64,000 nucleotides of DNA, from NCBI RefSeq assembly GCF_006345805.1, contig NC_043006.1, positions 84,878,001-84,942,000 of the forward strand, read 5' to 3'. The translations under genes were made by a program, and so were the position numbers. Every line of letters starts with the position of its first letter. Within the stretch, counting starts at the first letter, position 1. The notes beneath the pieces were generated by a model that was not told the DNA's origin, did not search any database, and worked only from the letters and a program-made list of their open reading frames with translations. Below are positions 26,995 to 40,047 of this stretch, piece after piece. The DNA is from Octopus sinensis. Taxonomy: Eukaryota.

Positions 26995-29444
26995 GTGAGT
27001 GTGTGTGTTTGTGAGTTTGTGTGAATGCACAAAGATTCTAGATAGAAAGATCCAAAAGATGGCACATTCAACTGATCATAAGTGAATTAATTCACTTGCC
27101 AAACCTCTGGTCTACATATGATGCTCTGTCTCTTACTCTCTCTCCCTCTCTGATTTTCTTTTCTCTCATTCTCACTCTCTTTCATTCCCTCTATCTCTCA
27201 CTCTCACTCTTTCCCTATTTATCTATCTCCCTATCTATCCATCCATTTCTCTCTCTCTCTCTCTACCATTACTACAAAAATTGCCTCTAATCATGATCAG
27301 TTAAATGCTCTCCATCTTTTGGATCTTTCTATCTAGAATCTTTATGTATACACACACACACATGTATATATATACATACACACATTGCTTCTCTTCCTCT
27401 AAGCTAGATTGTGCTAAGCTACCTTGTACCACCACCGTCATCATCTAGATCTAGCTGACACACCTGTTGCTACTCTTTTCATCAAACCCTACCTGCTATG
27501 TTTCATTCCAAACAATTTAACCAATCTTGCCTCTGACCAAGAAATCAACTCCCGTTCCCTTCCTCCCTCTCCATTGACATTTTCTCTCCCTGGTGTCTCC
27601 ACAAACATATTCTTTCCCCCCCACCCCCACCCCCACCTGCAGCAAACATCAACATTCAAACATAACACACACTACATCCGTCACATCCCCAATATCAGAG
27701 ACCCTGCAGAAGGGAATGAATGCTGCTCATTCTTATTCACTAAACAACAGAAACAACAAAATAAAGAAATAACATTATATTCCTTAATTCTCTTAAGGAA
27801 TAGGAATACAGAATGAATGCTACAACAGATGATTCCTCTACACCTGCCTATTCCATCTCCTCCACCTCCTTACCTTTCATTCTACCACAAGAACAGCCGC
27901 CACTGCCACCACCACTACCACCACCACCACCTATTCCTAATTAATTTAATGACCTTCTTCTTCACTGAAGAAATCAATATCTATTGAGGTCACAAGAACA
28001 GAAGAATCAGAACATATACAAGAATCTAAGTGTCAATCAAATATCAACAAAACAACAACAACAATAATAATGATGATGATAATAAAAAAAAAACGATATA
28101 AAATAACGGCAGTGCCAAAGACAGCTTTCTTTCACAGTCGGTGTTTGTGTTCTTCAGTTGGTTTTGTGAACAGAAGCCATTATTTTAATCTGTCACATTC
28201 TTGAACTAGTTGTTTGTAACAAGCTAAGATCGTTAATAGTTAATATTTTGTAGTCGTTGATTAACATTAGTGTTCATATATATATATATGATATATGATA
28301 TATATGTGTTGAGGTGTGTGTGTGAATACATACATATGTAATATATACATATTTTTTTTTTGTGTGTGTGTATATAGGCACAGTGTGGCTGTGTGGTAAG
28401 AAGCTCGCTTCCCAACCACATGGTTCCAGGTTCAGTTCCACTGCGGGGCACCTTGGGTAAATGTCTTGTGAATGGATATGGTAGACGAAAGCTGAAAGAA
28501 GCCCGTCTTATGTGTGTGTATGTGTGTGTGTGTGTGTGCGTGCTTGTTTCCCCACCCCACCTCCATCGCTTGACAACTGATGTTGGTGTGTTTATGTCCC
28601 TCTAACTTAGCAGTTCAGCAAAAGAGACTGATAGTATAAGTACTAGGCTTACAAAGAATAAGTCCTGGAGTTGATTTGTTCAACTAAAGGTGGTGCTCCA
28701 GCATGGCCACAGTCAAATGACTGAAACAAGTAAATGACTAAATGACATATATATGGATGGATGGGTGTGTGGTTAAGAAGCTTGTTTTGCAATCTCATGA
28801 CTTTTGGTTCAATCCATGTGCAAGATAGTTGGAATGTCTTCAGGCCAATTAATGCCATGTGAGTGAATTTGGTAGAATCTGTGTAGAAGCCCATCTTGTA
28901 TAAACAAATATATCTACATACATACATATATCTGTATATCTATCTATCTGTGTGTGTATGTGTGAGTGAGTAATTTAATTTGATTATAAGGATTCCTTAA
29001 GAATCCAGGCACATCAACATGTAAGATGCCAGAAAATGGCTAGGTACAAACACATGGATCTCACAGAGGAATAAAACAACATTGTCTTCAACTGCTGGCA
29101 CGATACTGTAGATATGCAAGTACCAAATCCAGTCTGTAACCATTGATCTACCCACCAGTGGATCCTTAGTGTGGCATAGACATAAAATAGTAAATGCAAA
29201 TGGTGCTTAAAATTTACGACAGCTGTTTCAGAAGTTTATTCAATGCAGTCATAAAAGATTACATCCTAATATACAATCCATCATCATCAGGTAAAATTTT
29301 GAACAAGTAATATTTTAAACAATCAACCTAGACATGGCTAACATTTGTTGTCCTTATTTTGTTTTTGGACTCTACATTTAAATATATAGAAGAATTAAAA
29401 GGTGTGTTCTAAAACAGTCAATTAACAAATAAAAATTTTAAAAA

Positions 29445-29860
29445 TCGTAGGTGTAGGATAGGCTGTGTGGTAAGTGGTTTGCTTACCAATCACATGGTTC
29501 CGGGTTCAGTCCCACTGCGTGGCACCTTGGGTAAGTGTCTTCTACTATAGCCTCGGGCCGACCAAAGCCTTGTGAATGGATTTGGTAGATGGAAACTAAA
29601 AGAAGCCCATCATATATATGTATGTGTGCACGTATGTTTGTGTGTCTGTGTTTGTCACCACCACCACCCCAACATCACTTGACTACTGATGCTGGTGTGT
29701 TTACGCCCCCGTAACTTAGCAGTTTGGCAAAAGGGACCAATAGAATAAGTACTAGGCTTACAAAGAATAAGCCCTGGGGTTGATTTGCTCGACTAAAGGC
29801 GGTGCTCCAGCATGGCCGCAGTCATATGACTGAAACAAGTAAAAGAATAAAAAGAATAAA
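29445..29860 (+). mobile_element. Full-length SINE family B
   Basis: Head ggtgtaggataggctgtgtggtaag, body and tail as in other copies. Further copies near 28370-28735, 38085-38452(-), 48830-49260 and 63270-63610(-). Confidence 0.88.
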
Positions 29861-30589
29861 GACTATTGCTACACCTACAACAAACAGCCATTGTAACACT
29901 TCACATCAACACTGATATGACAGAACAGCACAAAAGAGGAGATAGAAAAACTGCATTTGCTGATAACGCAACTGACTATCTTATAGAAAATAATCATAAA
30001 CCAAATTTTTTAAAATTCGGTCACTGAAATGAAAACCATATTGTTAAGAAGGATAAGACAAAAATCAACACAGAAGACACATCGTATGCTAGCAACAAAC
30101 TAATAGAAGACTCCACAGCACCAACTATTTTGTTTATTGCTAAAGAAACATGACATTAATATGGCCAACTATGACTTTATATAAAGTCTAGCAATAATAA
30201 ATGAGAAGTAAGCAGCAACACATCGTTGCTATGATTCAAGTCTATAAAATGGTAATAAGAACTGCTAGTAAAATTATTTCATGAAGCAGATAAGATAAGA
30301 GGAAGTTATGAAACTATGATGAGCTTTGAAAATTTTGCTATTGTCTCAAACAAAACATAAATGACTAACGTTATGGAAATATGAAAAATAATCCTTAATA
30401 CATGATTTAACATACCAGCATTGGTGTGCTTCCAAACCTATGCAACTGCATGTGTGTGTATGTGTGTGTGCATATGTAGATACATACATAGATACATACA
30501 TGATGGCTGCTCCCTCGTTATCAAGTATGGCCATTGCACGAAGCTTAACTGTTACTGGTGCTGTGATCGAATGTGACTTTTTAGCCCAG

Positions 30590-30846
30590 CTAAAGATCTA
30601 CAATGTCTTGTACAGAATTGGAGTGGTCATCTGGTCAGGATGAAGGATTCAAGGATGCCAAAACAACTTTTTTATGGAGAGATAACTAAAGGAGAACAAC
30701 CTCCACATAAACCAAAAAAGAGGTATAAGGACTTGCTAAAGGCTTCCTTAAGAGATGCTTGCATCTCTCCTGACACTTGGGAAGGCATAGCTATTGAACG
30801 TAGCAAGTGGAGAAGGATTGTGCATGAGGGGACAGCCACTTTTGAA
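30590..30846 (+). mobile_element. RTE (BovB-like) LINE 3' fragment
   Basis: RMKDSRMPKQLFYGEITKGEQPPHKPKKRYKDLLKASLRDACISPDTWEGIAIERSKWRRIVHEG. Confidence 0.88.
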
Positions 30847-30887
30847 CATACATACGTACGTACGTACATACATACATACATACATAT

Positions 30888-30917
<30 letters not shown>

Positions 30918-30920
<3 letters not shown>

Positions 30921-31802
30921 CAGGGTGTGATGGGTATATTATTGCCATTTTATATTTTTTATTTTGTGCATGCACAGCATTGTTTGCTTTTGATTTTGTT
31001 GACTACACAGTATAGTAAGGTCAGTTGGGCATCGTATGTGAGAAAAATAGCACCATAATGTAATTCACTCTGACAGAAATTTGGAAATGACATGCTGTAC
31101 GGCTGGATGCTCCAATACAAACATTTCAGAGTGTTTCGGTGTCAATCTGAGGACAGTGCAATCTCAAGACATCTACCGAGAGTGACGAAAATCAAACATC
31201 CAGTCAACATCATGGTGTTTGGAGTGATCACTCGTGATGGTGACATTATGCCTCCACTCATCTTCCCACAAGGCCTCACACTCAACATGGAGGCCTACAT
31301 CAAGTGCCAGGAGGAGGTTGTGCTGCCCTGGGTCAAGTCGGTGGCTGTTTGAAGACCCTATATCTAGCAACAGGACTCTGGACCATGCCACACAAGCAAG
31401 AGAACCCAGTCATGGCTGTCAGACAATTTCTGTGACCACATCGCCCCTAACATCTGGCCACCTAACTCCCCAGACTGAAAACCCCCTTCGCTATAATGTG
31501 TGGGGCACAGTTGAGTGAGAGACCAACAAAACTCCTTGTAACATCAAAGATGAACTGAAGGCAACGATTATGGCAGCATTTACCAACTTAAACAAAGAGA
31601 CCATCCAGAAGAGTTGCAGGAGATTCTGAAGTCATCTGGAGGTTGTAGTTGAAACCAATGACGATTTTATTGAATAAATTTACTCCTTAGTATTTAAAGA
31701 TATTTTTATGTAATTTTGGTAAATATACCTGTTAAAATGAGATGTCAGTGTTATTTTCATTTTTGCATAAATTAGACAACAATTTATTCTCTGCATCCTG
31801 TA
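30918..31802 (+). mobile_element. Internally deleted Tc1/mariner-superfamily element, DD37D (maT)-like
   Basis: tacagg...cctgta termini in TA context; KHPVNIMVFGVITRDGDIMPPLIFP...QQDSGPCH...WPPNSPD with stops and a frameshift. The 37-residue spacing is inferred after frameshift repair; the third catalytic residue is mutated. Confidence 0.8.
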
Positions 31803-34051
31803 TAAATATATATATATATCATCATCATCATCATCGTTTAACGTCCATTTTCCATGCTAGCATGGGTTGGACGGTTCGACTGGATCTGGGAAGCCAGGAG
31901 GCTGGCAATGTTTTTACAGCTGGATGCCCTTCTTAACGCCAACCACTCCGTGAGTGTAGTGGGTGCTTTTTACATGCCACCGGCACAAGTGCCGGTGGAG
32001 GCTGGCAGCGGCCACGATCGGTTGGTGCTTTTTACGTGCCACCAGCACAGAAATATGAGATTGTTTCAAATGACATCAGGATTGGTCCTATAAAAAGAAA
32101 ACAACACAAATCAATTATTGATTAGGCTTCTCAAAACCAGAAAGGAGAAAGCTAATTCGAAGACTACAGATCTAATCATTCACTGGAACTGTAACAATCT
32201 GTAAAACCTTCCAGAAGTTTATCATTTAAATATATATATGAGCATGTCTAGATATGTAGCTATATGCATGAGAATACATACATAAAACTTACAAATCTGC
32301 ACATACATACATACACACACACACATACATACAAACAAAAATATCCTGTTGTTGATGCTGAAATGCCAATGAAGGAACTTTGGATGTAGGTTAGAAACCG
32401 GTTCTTTCTCTATTGGCAAGAAATCTTGAAATAAACTGAATAATGACACACACACACACACATATACATACATCATAATATATAAAAGTGAATGTATATA
32501 TGTATATCACAATATATGTAGATTCCAAGACACCTAATGTTTTGCACCTGTGTCACTGAAATTTTGCAATTAAGGTGAGCAACCATTATTTTCAAGGAGA
32601 ATATCACAGAATATGCAACTTTTTATATTTTCAGAAAGAAAAATAAAGGAATTGCTAGAATGCAACAATTCTGAGAGAATCAACATTCTCAGACCAACTA
32701 AAGATTATCAGCATCGTTTTAAAAGCAATTTATCCAAAATGTAAAAAATTCATGTTTAATTGTATTATTTGAGGTATTAATAAACTTGTGCAAGGCCAAG
32801 TACAGCAGCTACAGCTTGTGTGTGTGTGTGTGTGTGTGTTTGTATTTTGTGTGTGCTTATGTATGTGTATGTATGTGAATGTACATATATATGTATATAC
32901 ATATATATATATAGATACGCACAAAAACACATGCAGATGCAAATATGAATTTATGTGTATATATATATATACACACACACACATTTATATATATATATAT
33001 CCAATTCCTCCAAACTTGCTGGCCTTGTGTTAAAATTTGAAACTAATATTTAGCAGAAGATTGACCCAAGGTTTGAGAGTTTTGTGCATTAGCACTTATT
33101 AAACTAGTTACAAATCAAGGGTTACAAATTTATATACTATTGATAATGATATTTCCTGGATAGTTCTATCACAAGGCTTTGGTTGACTTGGTGACTGTGG
33201 TAGAAAATATTTGCCCAATGTGCCATATAGTGAGACTGAACTCAAAACCATGTGCTTGGGAAGCAAATTCTTTATTACCCAGCCATGCCTTCTAAATCTT
33301 ACAGAATAAGTAGTTGTCTAAAAGTATTCAAGGGTACCATGGTCATTATCACTACCATACCCCTTAACCACCTCCACTGTGCTCCTCATTAAAGTTTTAT
33401 GGTCTGATATTTTCCATGTTTCCCTGGCATTTGCAAGTTTATGTCCATTTAATTGTATGGATACTCAGGCATAGCTGTGCAGTTGAGATGTTTGTTTCCC
33501 AACCACATGGTTTTAGGTTCAGTCCCACTGCATAGCTGTTTGAGTAAGTGTCATCTACTAAAGCTCCAGGCCGACCAAAGCATATTGAGTGGATTTGTTG
33601 ATGGAAATTGAAAGAAGCCTGTTCTGTGTGTGGTGTCTCTTGTCTTGGCATCATGTGATAGCTGTTAGCGAGTGTCCCACCATAAAAGCAGTATCTTTGT
33701 TTCCAGTCTTCTGTGAAAACATGTCTGGCCTTGGAGATATTACTTTGCTTTGAAAGAAGTAACTGTTGACAACAGAAAGGGCATCCAGCATAGAAACCTC
33801 TCAATAAATTCCTGCTGGACCCATAAAAGTATGGAAAAGTGAACATTAAAACAACGATGACAACAACAATTCAGATTTCCATTAAAGGACCATTTCCTTA
33901 GCTTCCAAGTAATGAATCTTACTATCCCCTTTTTCATCTCATTCCCTGTACTCATGACTAAAACATAAATTAATTAAACACTGATTAGAAGGCATCATTG
34001 AAGTCAGAAAGGAGAAAGTCTTCCAAAAGCAACAACGGCATTTCTATTTAA

Positions 34052-34270
34052 CCCTTTCGTTACCAACCCGGCTGAAACCAGCTCTAGCTTTGAGTACAAA
34101 TGTCTTGTTTTCATAAGTTTTGAATTAAAATCTGCCACCAAACCTTAGTCACAATTTATGTTCCTAACACTAACTGAATGATGACTAAGTTATTTACTAA
34201 ATTCTTTGTTATATTTAAAGTAATTGAAAGAAACACAGAACATCTCAAATAAAATACAGTAACAAAAGGA
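34052..34270. mobile_element. piggyBac-like MITE
   Basis: ttaa|ccctttcgttac ... gtaacaaaagga|ttaa: TTAA target duplication and short TIRs. Confidence 0.75.
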
Positions 34271-34367
34271 TTAAGGGTCATTTCCTTAGCCTCTTAGTAA
34301 TGAATCTCACTATCCTGTCTTCATTTCACTCCCTGTACTTGTGTCCAAAACATAAATTAATTATATA

Positions 34368-35522
34368 CTAGGTGACCAAGTCAGCAGCGGGGGCGGGTGT
34401 GCTGAAAGTGTAACTGCTAGAGTAAGAATAGCTTGGGCAAAGTTCAGAGAGCTCTTACCTCTGCTGGTGACAAAAGGCCTCTCGCACAGAGTGAAAGGCA
34501 GACTGTATGATGCGTGTGTACGAACAGCCATGCTACATGGCAGTGAAACATGGGCCGACTGCTGAGGATATGCGTAAGCTCGCAAGAAATGAAGCCAGTA
34601 TGCTCCGATGGATGTGTAATGTCAGTACTCATACTCGGCAGAGTGTAAGTACCTTGAGAGAAAAGCTGGACCTAAGAAGCATCAGTTGTGGTGTGCAAGA
34701 GAGACGTTTGCGCTGGTATGGTCATGTGGCGAGAATGGATGAAGATAGTTGTGTGAAAAAGTGCCACACCCTAGCGGTTGAGGGAACCTGCGGAAGAGGC
34801 AGACCCAGGAAAACCTGGGACGAGGTGGTGAAGCACGACCTTCGAACTTTAGGTCTCACTGAGGAAATGACTAGAGACCGAGTCCTCTGGAAGTGTGCTG
34901 TGCGCGAGAAGACCCGGCAGGACAAGTGAGTCCATAACCCGTGGCCTTCTACATGGGATGGAGCCAGCCTACGTATGCATACCTTCCCTTCTTGGGACAC
35001 AAAACTCTACTTGTGAAGACCTGTTGAGGCAAGTGAGGATCAGAATGGAAATCGATCAATGGAAATTGCAGATGTGTTACCAGTTCCGTGGCATGTCAAA
35101 ACTCTACTTGTGAAGACCCGTTGAGGCAAATGAGGATCAGAATGGAAATCGATCAATGAAATTGCAGATGTGTTACCAGTGCCGGTGGCATGTAAGAGAA
35201 CCTTCCGTTTCGCGACCATTGCCAGCACCGCCCCGTTTCGTGTCCGTTGCCAGCCTTGCCTGGCCCTCGTGCCGGTGGCACATAAAAAGCACCATCCGTT
35301 CGTGGCCGTTTGCCAGCTCTGTCTGGCACCTGTGCGGGTGGCACGTAAAAAGCACCCACTACACTCATGGAGTGGTTGGCGTTAGGAAGGGCATCCAGCC
35401 GTAGAAACACTGCCAGATTTGACTGGGCCTGATGAACCTTCTGGCTTCACAGACCCCAGTAGAACCGTCCAACCCATGCTAGCATGGAAAACGGACGCTA
35501 AACGATGATGATGATGATGATG
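34368..35522 (+). mobile_element. 5'-truncated RTE LINE (ORF2 C-terminus plus 3' UTR), relatively young
   Basis: RVRIAWAKFRELLPLL...LYDACVRTAMLHGSETW (frameshift) AEDMRKLARNEASMLRWMC...ERRLRWYGHVARM...RGRPRKTWDEVV...; CpG-rich; ends in (GAT)n. Confidence 0.92.
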
Positions 35523-36717
35523 AGATATATTATATATATATATATATACATCTATATGTGTGTGTACACTCACACACACACATATGTGATGTTGTTAGTG
35601 GCATTAACAAATAACACATTCACCTGCTAACCAAAGAATGCATGGCTTGTTTGCCATCTGCATCAAGTTTGTTAGTTTTCATCTCAAATTGCACACATTT
35701 ACAAATGCATACACTGTTCACACACAGACACACACATAAATACACATTTGAAGCAGTGAAATGTTTGTCAGTATGCAAAGCAACTTATGCAGTCGGAATC
35801 AGTGATTTCACGGTACACCCATGTGAATTCAACAGAGAGAAAGATGATCTTTAAATAAAACTGTACAAAGAAAATATGGCATATTTTCAAACTGTTACCC
35901 CCATGAAGCATCTTGATATTTTGGTCGTGACCTCTTACCTCATCAGCCCCTGTTGGACTTCAACTAAAAGATAGCTTCCTTGTTTTTCATATAAGTTATA
36001 GAAGAGTCTTGCATTACGTGTGGTTGGTGTTTGTGGGTAGACGTTTGCTTACCAACCACATGGTTCTGGGTTCACTTGCTCAAGGTGCCACTGCATTGAA
36101 GCTTGGACAAATGTCTTATACTATAGCCCCAGGCCAACAAAACACTTGAGAGTAGATTTAGTAAATGGAAATTGAAAGAAGCCCATCATAGAAATATATA
36201 TGCGCATGCACGTTGCCAGAGCAACAAGCTGGCCTCCGTGCCGGTGGCACGTAAAAGATACCATTCGAGCGTGATCGTTACCTGCGTTGCCTTACGGCAT
36301 TTGTGCTGGTGGCATGTGAAAAAACAGTCGAGCGAGGTTGTTGCCAGGGCCGCTGGACTGGCTCCTGTGCAGGTAGCACATGAAAGGCACCGTTTGAACA
36401 TGGCCGTTGCCAGTACTGCCTGACTGGCCCTCGTGCTGGTGGCACGTAAAAGCACCCACTACATTCTCATGTATGTATATATATATATTCTTTCACTTGT
36501 TTCAGTTATTTTGACTGTGGTCATGCTGGAGCAAATATATAGTTGAAATTTGCAGAAAAAACTAAAGATGAAGACAGGTGTATAAACAAGCAGATGTATT
36601 AGTCTGACCCTCCAGAAAGTGAGAAAGTCTTTTACGTTTCAAGCCGATGCTCTTCAACTGAAAGGAACGCAAGGAAATAAACACAGACAAAAAACCCTTG
36701 TGGATTTAGCGATCAAT

Positions 36718-36788
<71 letters not shown>

Positions 36789-36832
36789 GTATGTATGTAT
36801 GTATGTATGTATGTATGTATGTATATATGTAT

Positions 36833-37125
36833 GGAGGCACAATGGCCCAGTGGTTAGGGCAGCGGACTTGCGGTCGTAGGATCACGGTTTCGATTCCCAG
36901 ACCAGGCGTTGTGAGTGTTTATTGAGCTAAAACACCCTAAAGCTCCATGAGGCTCCGGCAGGAGGTGGTGATCCCTGCTGTACTCTTTCACCACTCTTTC
37001 TCCCACTCTTTTATTGGCCTGCTTGCTTAGCCAGTGGGGTGGCATCATTCGAAGGCTAAAACAATGCGAATGCATTGTGACCAGCGATGTGTAACTACAT
37101 CTGATGGACTGGTCAGTCACGTGAT
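36833..37125 (+). mobile_element. tRNA-derived SINE family C
   Basis: ggaggcacaatggcccagtggttagggcagcggac..ggtttcgattccc A/B boxes. Related copies at 26316-26622(-), 43305-43530, 49893-50090 and 62570-62855(-). Confidence 0.8.
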
Positions 37126-37143
37126 ATATATATATATATATAT

Positions 37144-37385
37144 AAAAGAGTCTGAGGAAGTTGCATAAAATAGATGTAGGGGTTTTTAAATCAAAGCTGG
37201 ACCTCTTCCTGTCGAGAGTCCTAGATGAGCCTACCTCACGGCAAGAGGTGCAAATGAGGGTAGCTATATCAAACTCCCTTCTTCATCAAGTGCCACATAT
37301 TAGAGGAGACTCCTAGTAATAACAGTGTAGCACAAAACGGCAGTGCATCAGCATGACCGCAGCTCTGAGCTGAAACTTTAAAAAA
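37144..37385 (+). mobile_element. LINE 3' terminal fragment (CR1/Jockey-group)
   Basis: LRKLHKIDVGVFKSKLDLFLSRVLDEP resembles the FKxxLDxFLxxVPDxP end seen at 4535-4660. Confidence 0.65.
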
Positions 37386-39027
37386 TATATATATATATAA
37401 TCATCATCTTTTAATATCTATCTTCCATGCTGGCATGGGTTGGACAGCCAACACACACACATAATCATACATATATGTCCAATCCATACCAGCATGAAAA
37501 AAATAGATATAGAATGAACAAGCAAATGCTTGCAAGCATGAATGCATACACGTGTTATGTGTATTCAAAGCATAAATGCATTCAATTTTCACGATATACA
37601 TTTTCAAGGTTTCTTTTCATATATTCACACAAGCTCCTTTGCAGTATGTTTGGCACCAATCAACTTCTTAGACACCTCATCAAGGTTTCTAAACTTTCTC
37701 GATTTCTTCTTCAGGAGATGAAAAATCGCTAGCATGTGCAGCTATCTCTTTTACAAACGGCCAATATGATTTGTACAGACTATCTCCTGAATGTGTTTAT
37801 ATAATTTCATTGCTGGAATTTGAAATTTGATCATTAGATTTATACAGCATTAGTCAGGCACACACATACACACACACACACACACATATATATATACACA
37901 CACACACACACACATAGATAGAGAGATAGATAGATAGATGTTTTGTTTATGACATGTATATGCTGTCTGTGTGTTTATTTTTAGCATAGAGCTGTATTAC
38001 AAGTAATAAGTACATCGTGAATCGTCTGCTTTTGCCAGGAATTGTTCACACTGGTAGAATAATGGGAAGTTTACAAATACTCTTACTCTTTACTCTTTTA
38101 CTTGCTTCAGTCATTTGACTGCGGCCAGGCTGGAGCACTGCTTTTAGTCAAGCAAATCTACCCCAGGACTTATTCTTTGGAAGCCTAGTACTTATTCTAT
38201 CGGTTCTCTTTTGATGAACAGCTAAGTGACAGGAACATAAACATACCAACATTGGTTGTCAAGCGATGTTGGGGGGTACAAACATAGACACACATAGATA
38301 TATGCATATACATATATACGACGGGCTTCTTTCAGTTACCATCTACCAAATCCATTCACAAGGCTTTGGTCGGCCTGAGGCTATAGTAGAAGACGACTGA
38401 ACCCAGAACCATATGGTTGGTAAGTAAGCAACTTACCACAGCCACTCCTACACCTTGTTGAGGATGGTTTTTCAGAAATGTATTGTTCCAAACAAACTAC
38501 AAGAAATTCATTTCAAAACATAAGAGAAGAAACAGAAAGAAAAACCTTAAAAAATAAAACCCAATAAATTTAGAACATAGTTGTGTTTTCAATATATGTC
38601 TAAAATAAAAGCTATGTGGTTAAGAAGTTCAATTCCCAACCATGAGATCTGGGGTTCAGTCCCACCAAATGGTACTTCTGGCAAATGTCTTTTACCACAG
38701 CTTCAGGACAACTAAAGTTCTGTGTATGGATTTCATAGACAACGATTGAAAAGAAACCCATTGTACATACATGTATATATATGTGTGTATGTGTGTGTCG
38801 GTGGGGATGCCAGCATGGAAGGCAGATGTTAAATGATGATGATGATGATATATATATATATATCATCATCATACATACATGCATCTTGTATGGCGTGGTT
38901 TGTGTGTGTGTATGTGTGTGTGTCTTCGTCAACCTTATCCTTGTTAAAACTAATAAAGATTTACTAACACAGTATTAAATAATCCTCCAGTTTACTATTA
39001 AATTGCTTTTATATGCAACTTGACATA

Positions 39028-39077
<50 letters not shown>

Positions 39078-39795
39078 TTTCACACATTATGTCAGTTTTT
39101 AACAATTCCCTTAACCAGGTTACCAAAGGTCAATGAGGCTACATCATTCTCTCTTTTTTCAATGCCTTTTTCTGTCAGTTCCTTTAATAAGATCAGCTCC
39201 TGAACGTCTGAGAGTAAGGTTTCATCCCATTCTCAAGGCTTGCCACCCTTAACCAGTATCCCTCGCCTGTTACCATCAACTTCCAACTCCAAGACATCTG
39301 TTTAAGAGATTCTGTCAGCTAAATAAGTCTGATTACATATTTATAACACCTAACTTTAATACGATTAGAACAGCATCATTTAGTTTATTAATTTAAAACC
39401 CCATCATTATAAGGGCCTGGGGATTTTAAGTGGGTTTTTTTTTCTTTTATTTTTGTGCCTATTTTTCTTCTGGCTTTTATAATTCAGTAAATAAAGAAAG
39501 AAACAACAAGGGAACTACACTCTGTGCCTGGATGTTTTACTTGCTAGAAATACTAACCAAATCTTAGTCAAATCACACACCCCTTCATGGGTACATTAGA
39601 TAAGATGGGGTCTAAATATACTCCTAAAAAGGTGAGGTGGTCATGATCATGTTTGGAATGTCTTTGAGCATAGATCTGCTTGATCGGTACAACATTCTTG
39701 AAATGTACAGAGACCATCTTGTCTAAGCGAGCATGGCAAAAAAAAAAAAAAAAAAAAAAAACGAAACTGTAAGGAGATAAAGAGGGAAAAAAAAG

Positions 39796-39837
<42 letters not shown>

Positions 39838-39997
39838 ATGTGTGTGTATATATATATATATAGTAGTTTGGCTCTTAACCAGACAGTGCAATATGAAGAT
39901 GTGAGTAACATTATTTCCTCTCAGTTAGCAGTCATTTGCATTCTGTTAACTTACTGCTTTGACACCTTTATATGTGTGGCTGTGTGTGCATACATAC

Positions 39998-40047
<50 letters not shown>

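Noticed and set aside
28186-28229. Possible terminal exon CYKQLVQECDRLK* followed by a UTR-like region
   Set aside because: Too short, no partner exons, no recognisable protein.
37650-37792. Minus-strand peptide-like stretch GDSLYKSYWPFVKEIAAH...
   Set aside because: Weak acceptor and only superficial resemblance to VAC14 LYRSW; wrong phase; probably decayed TE.
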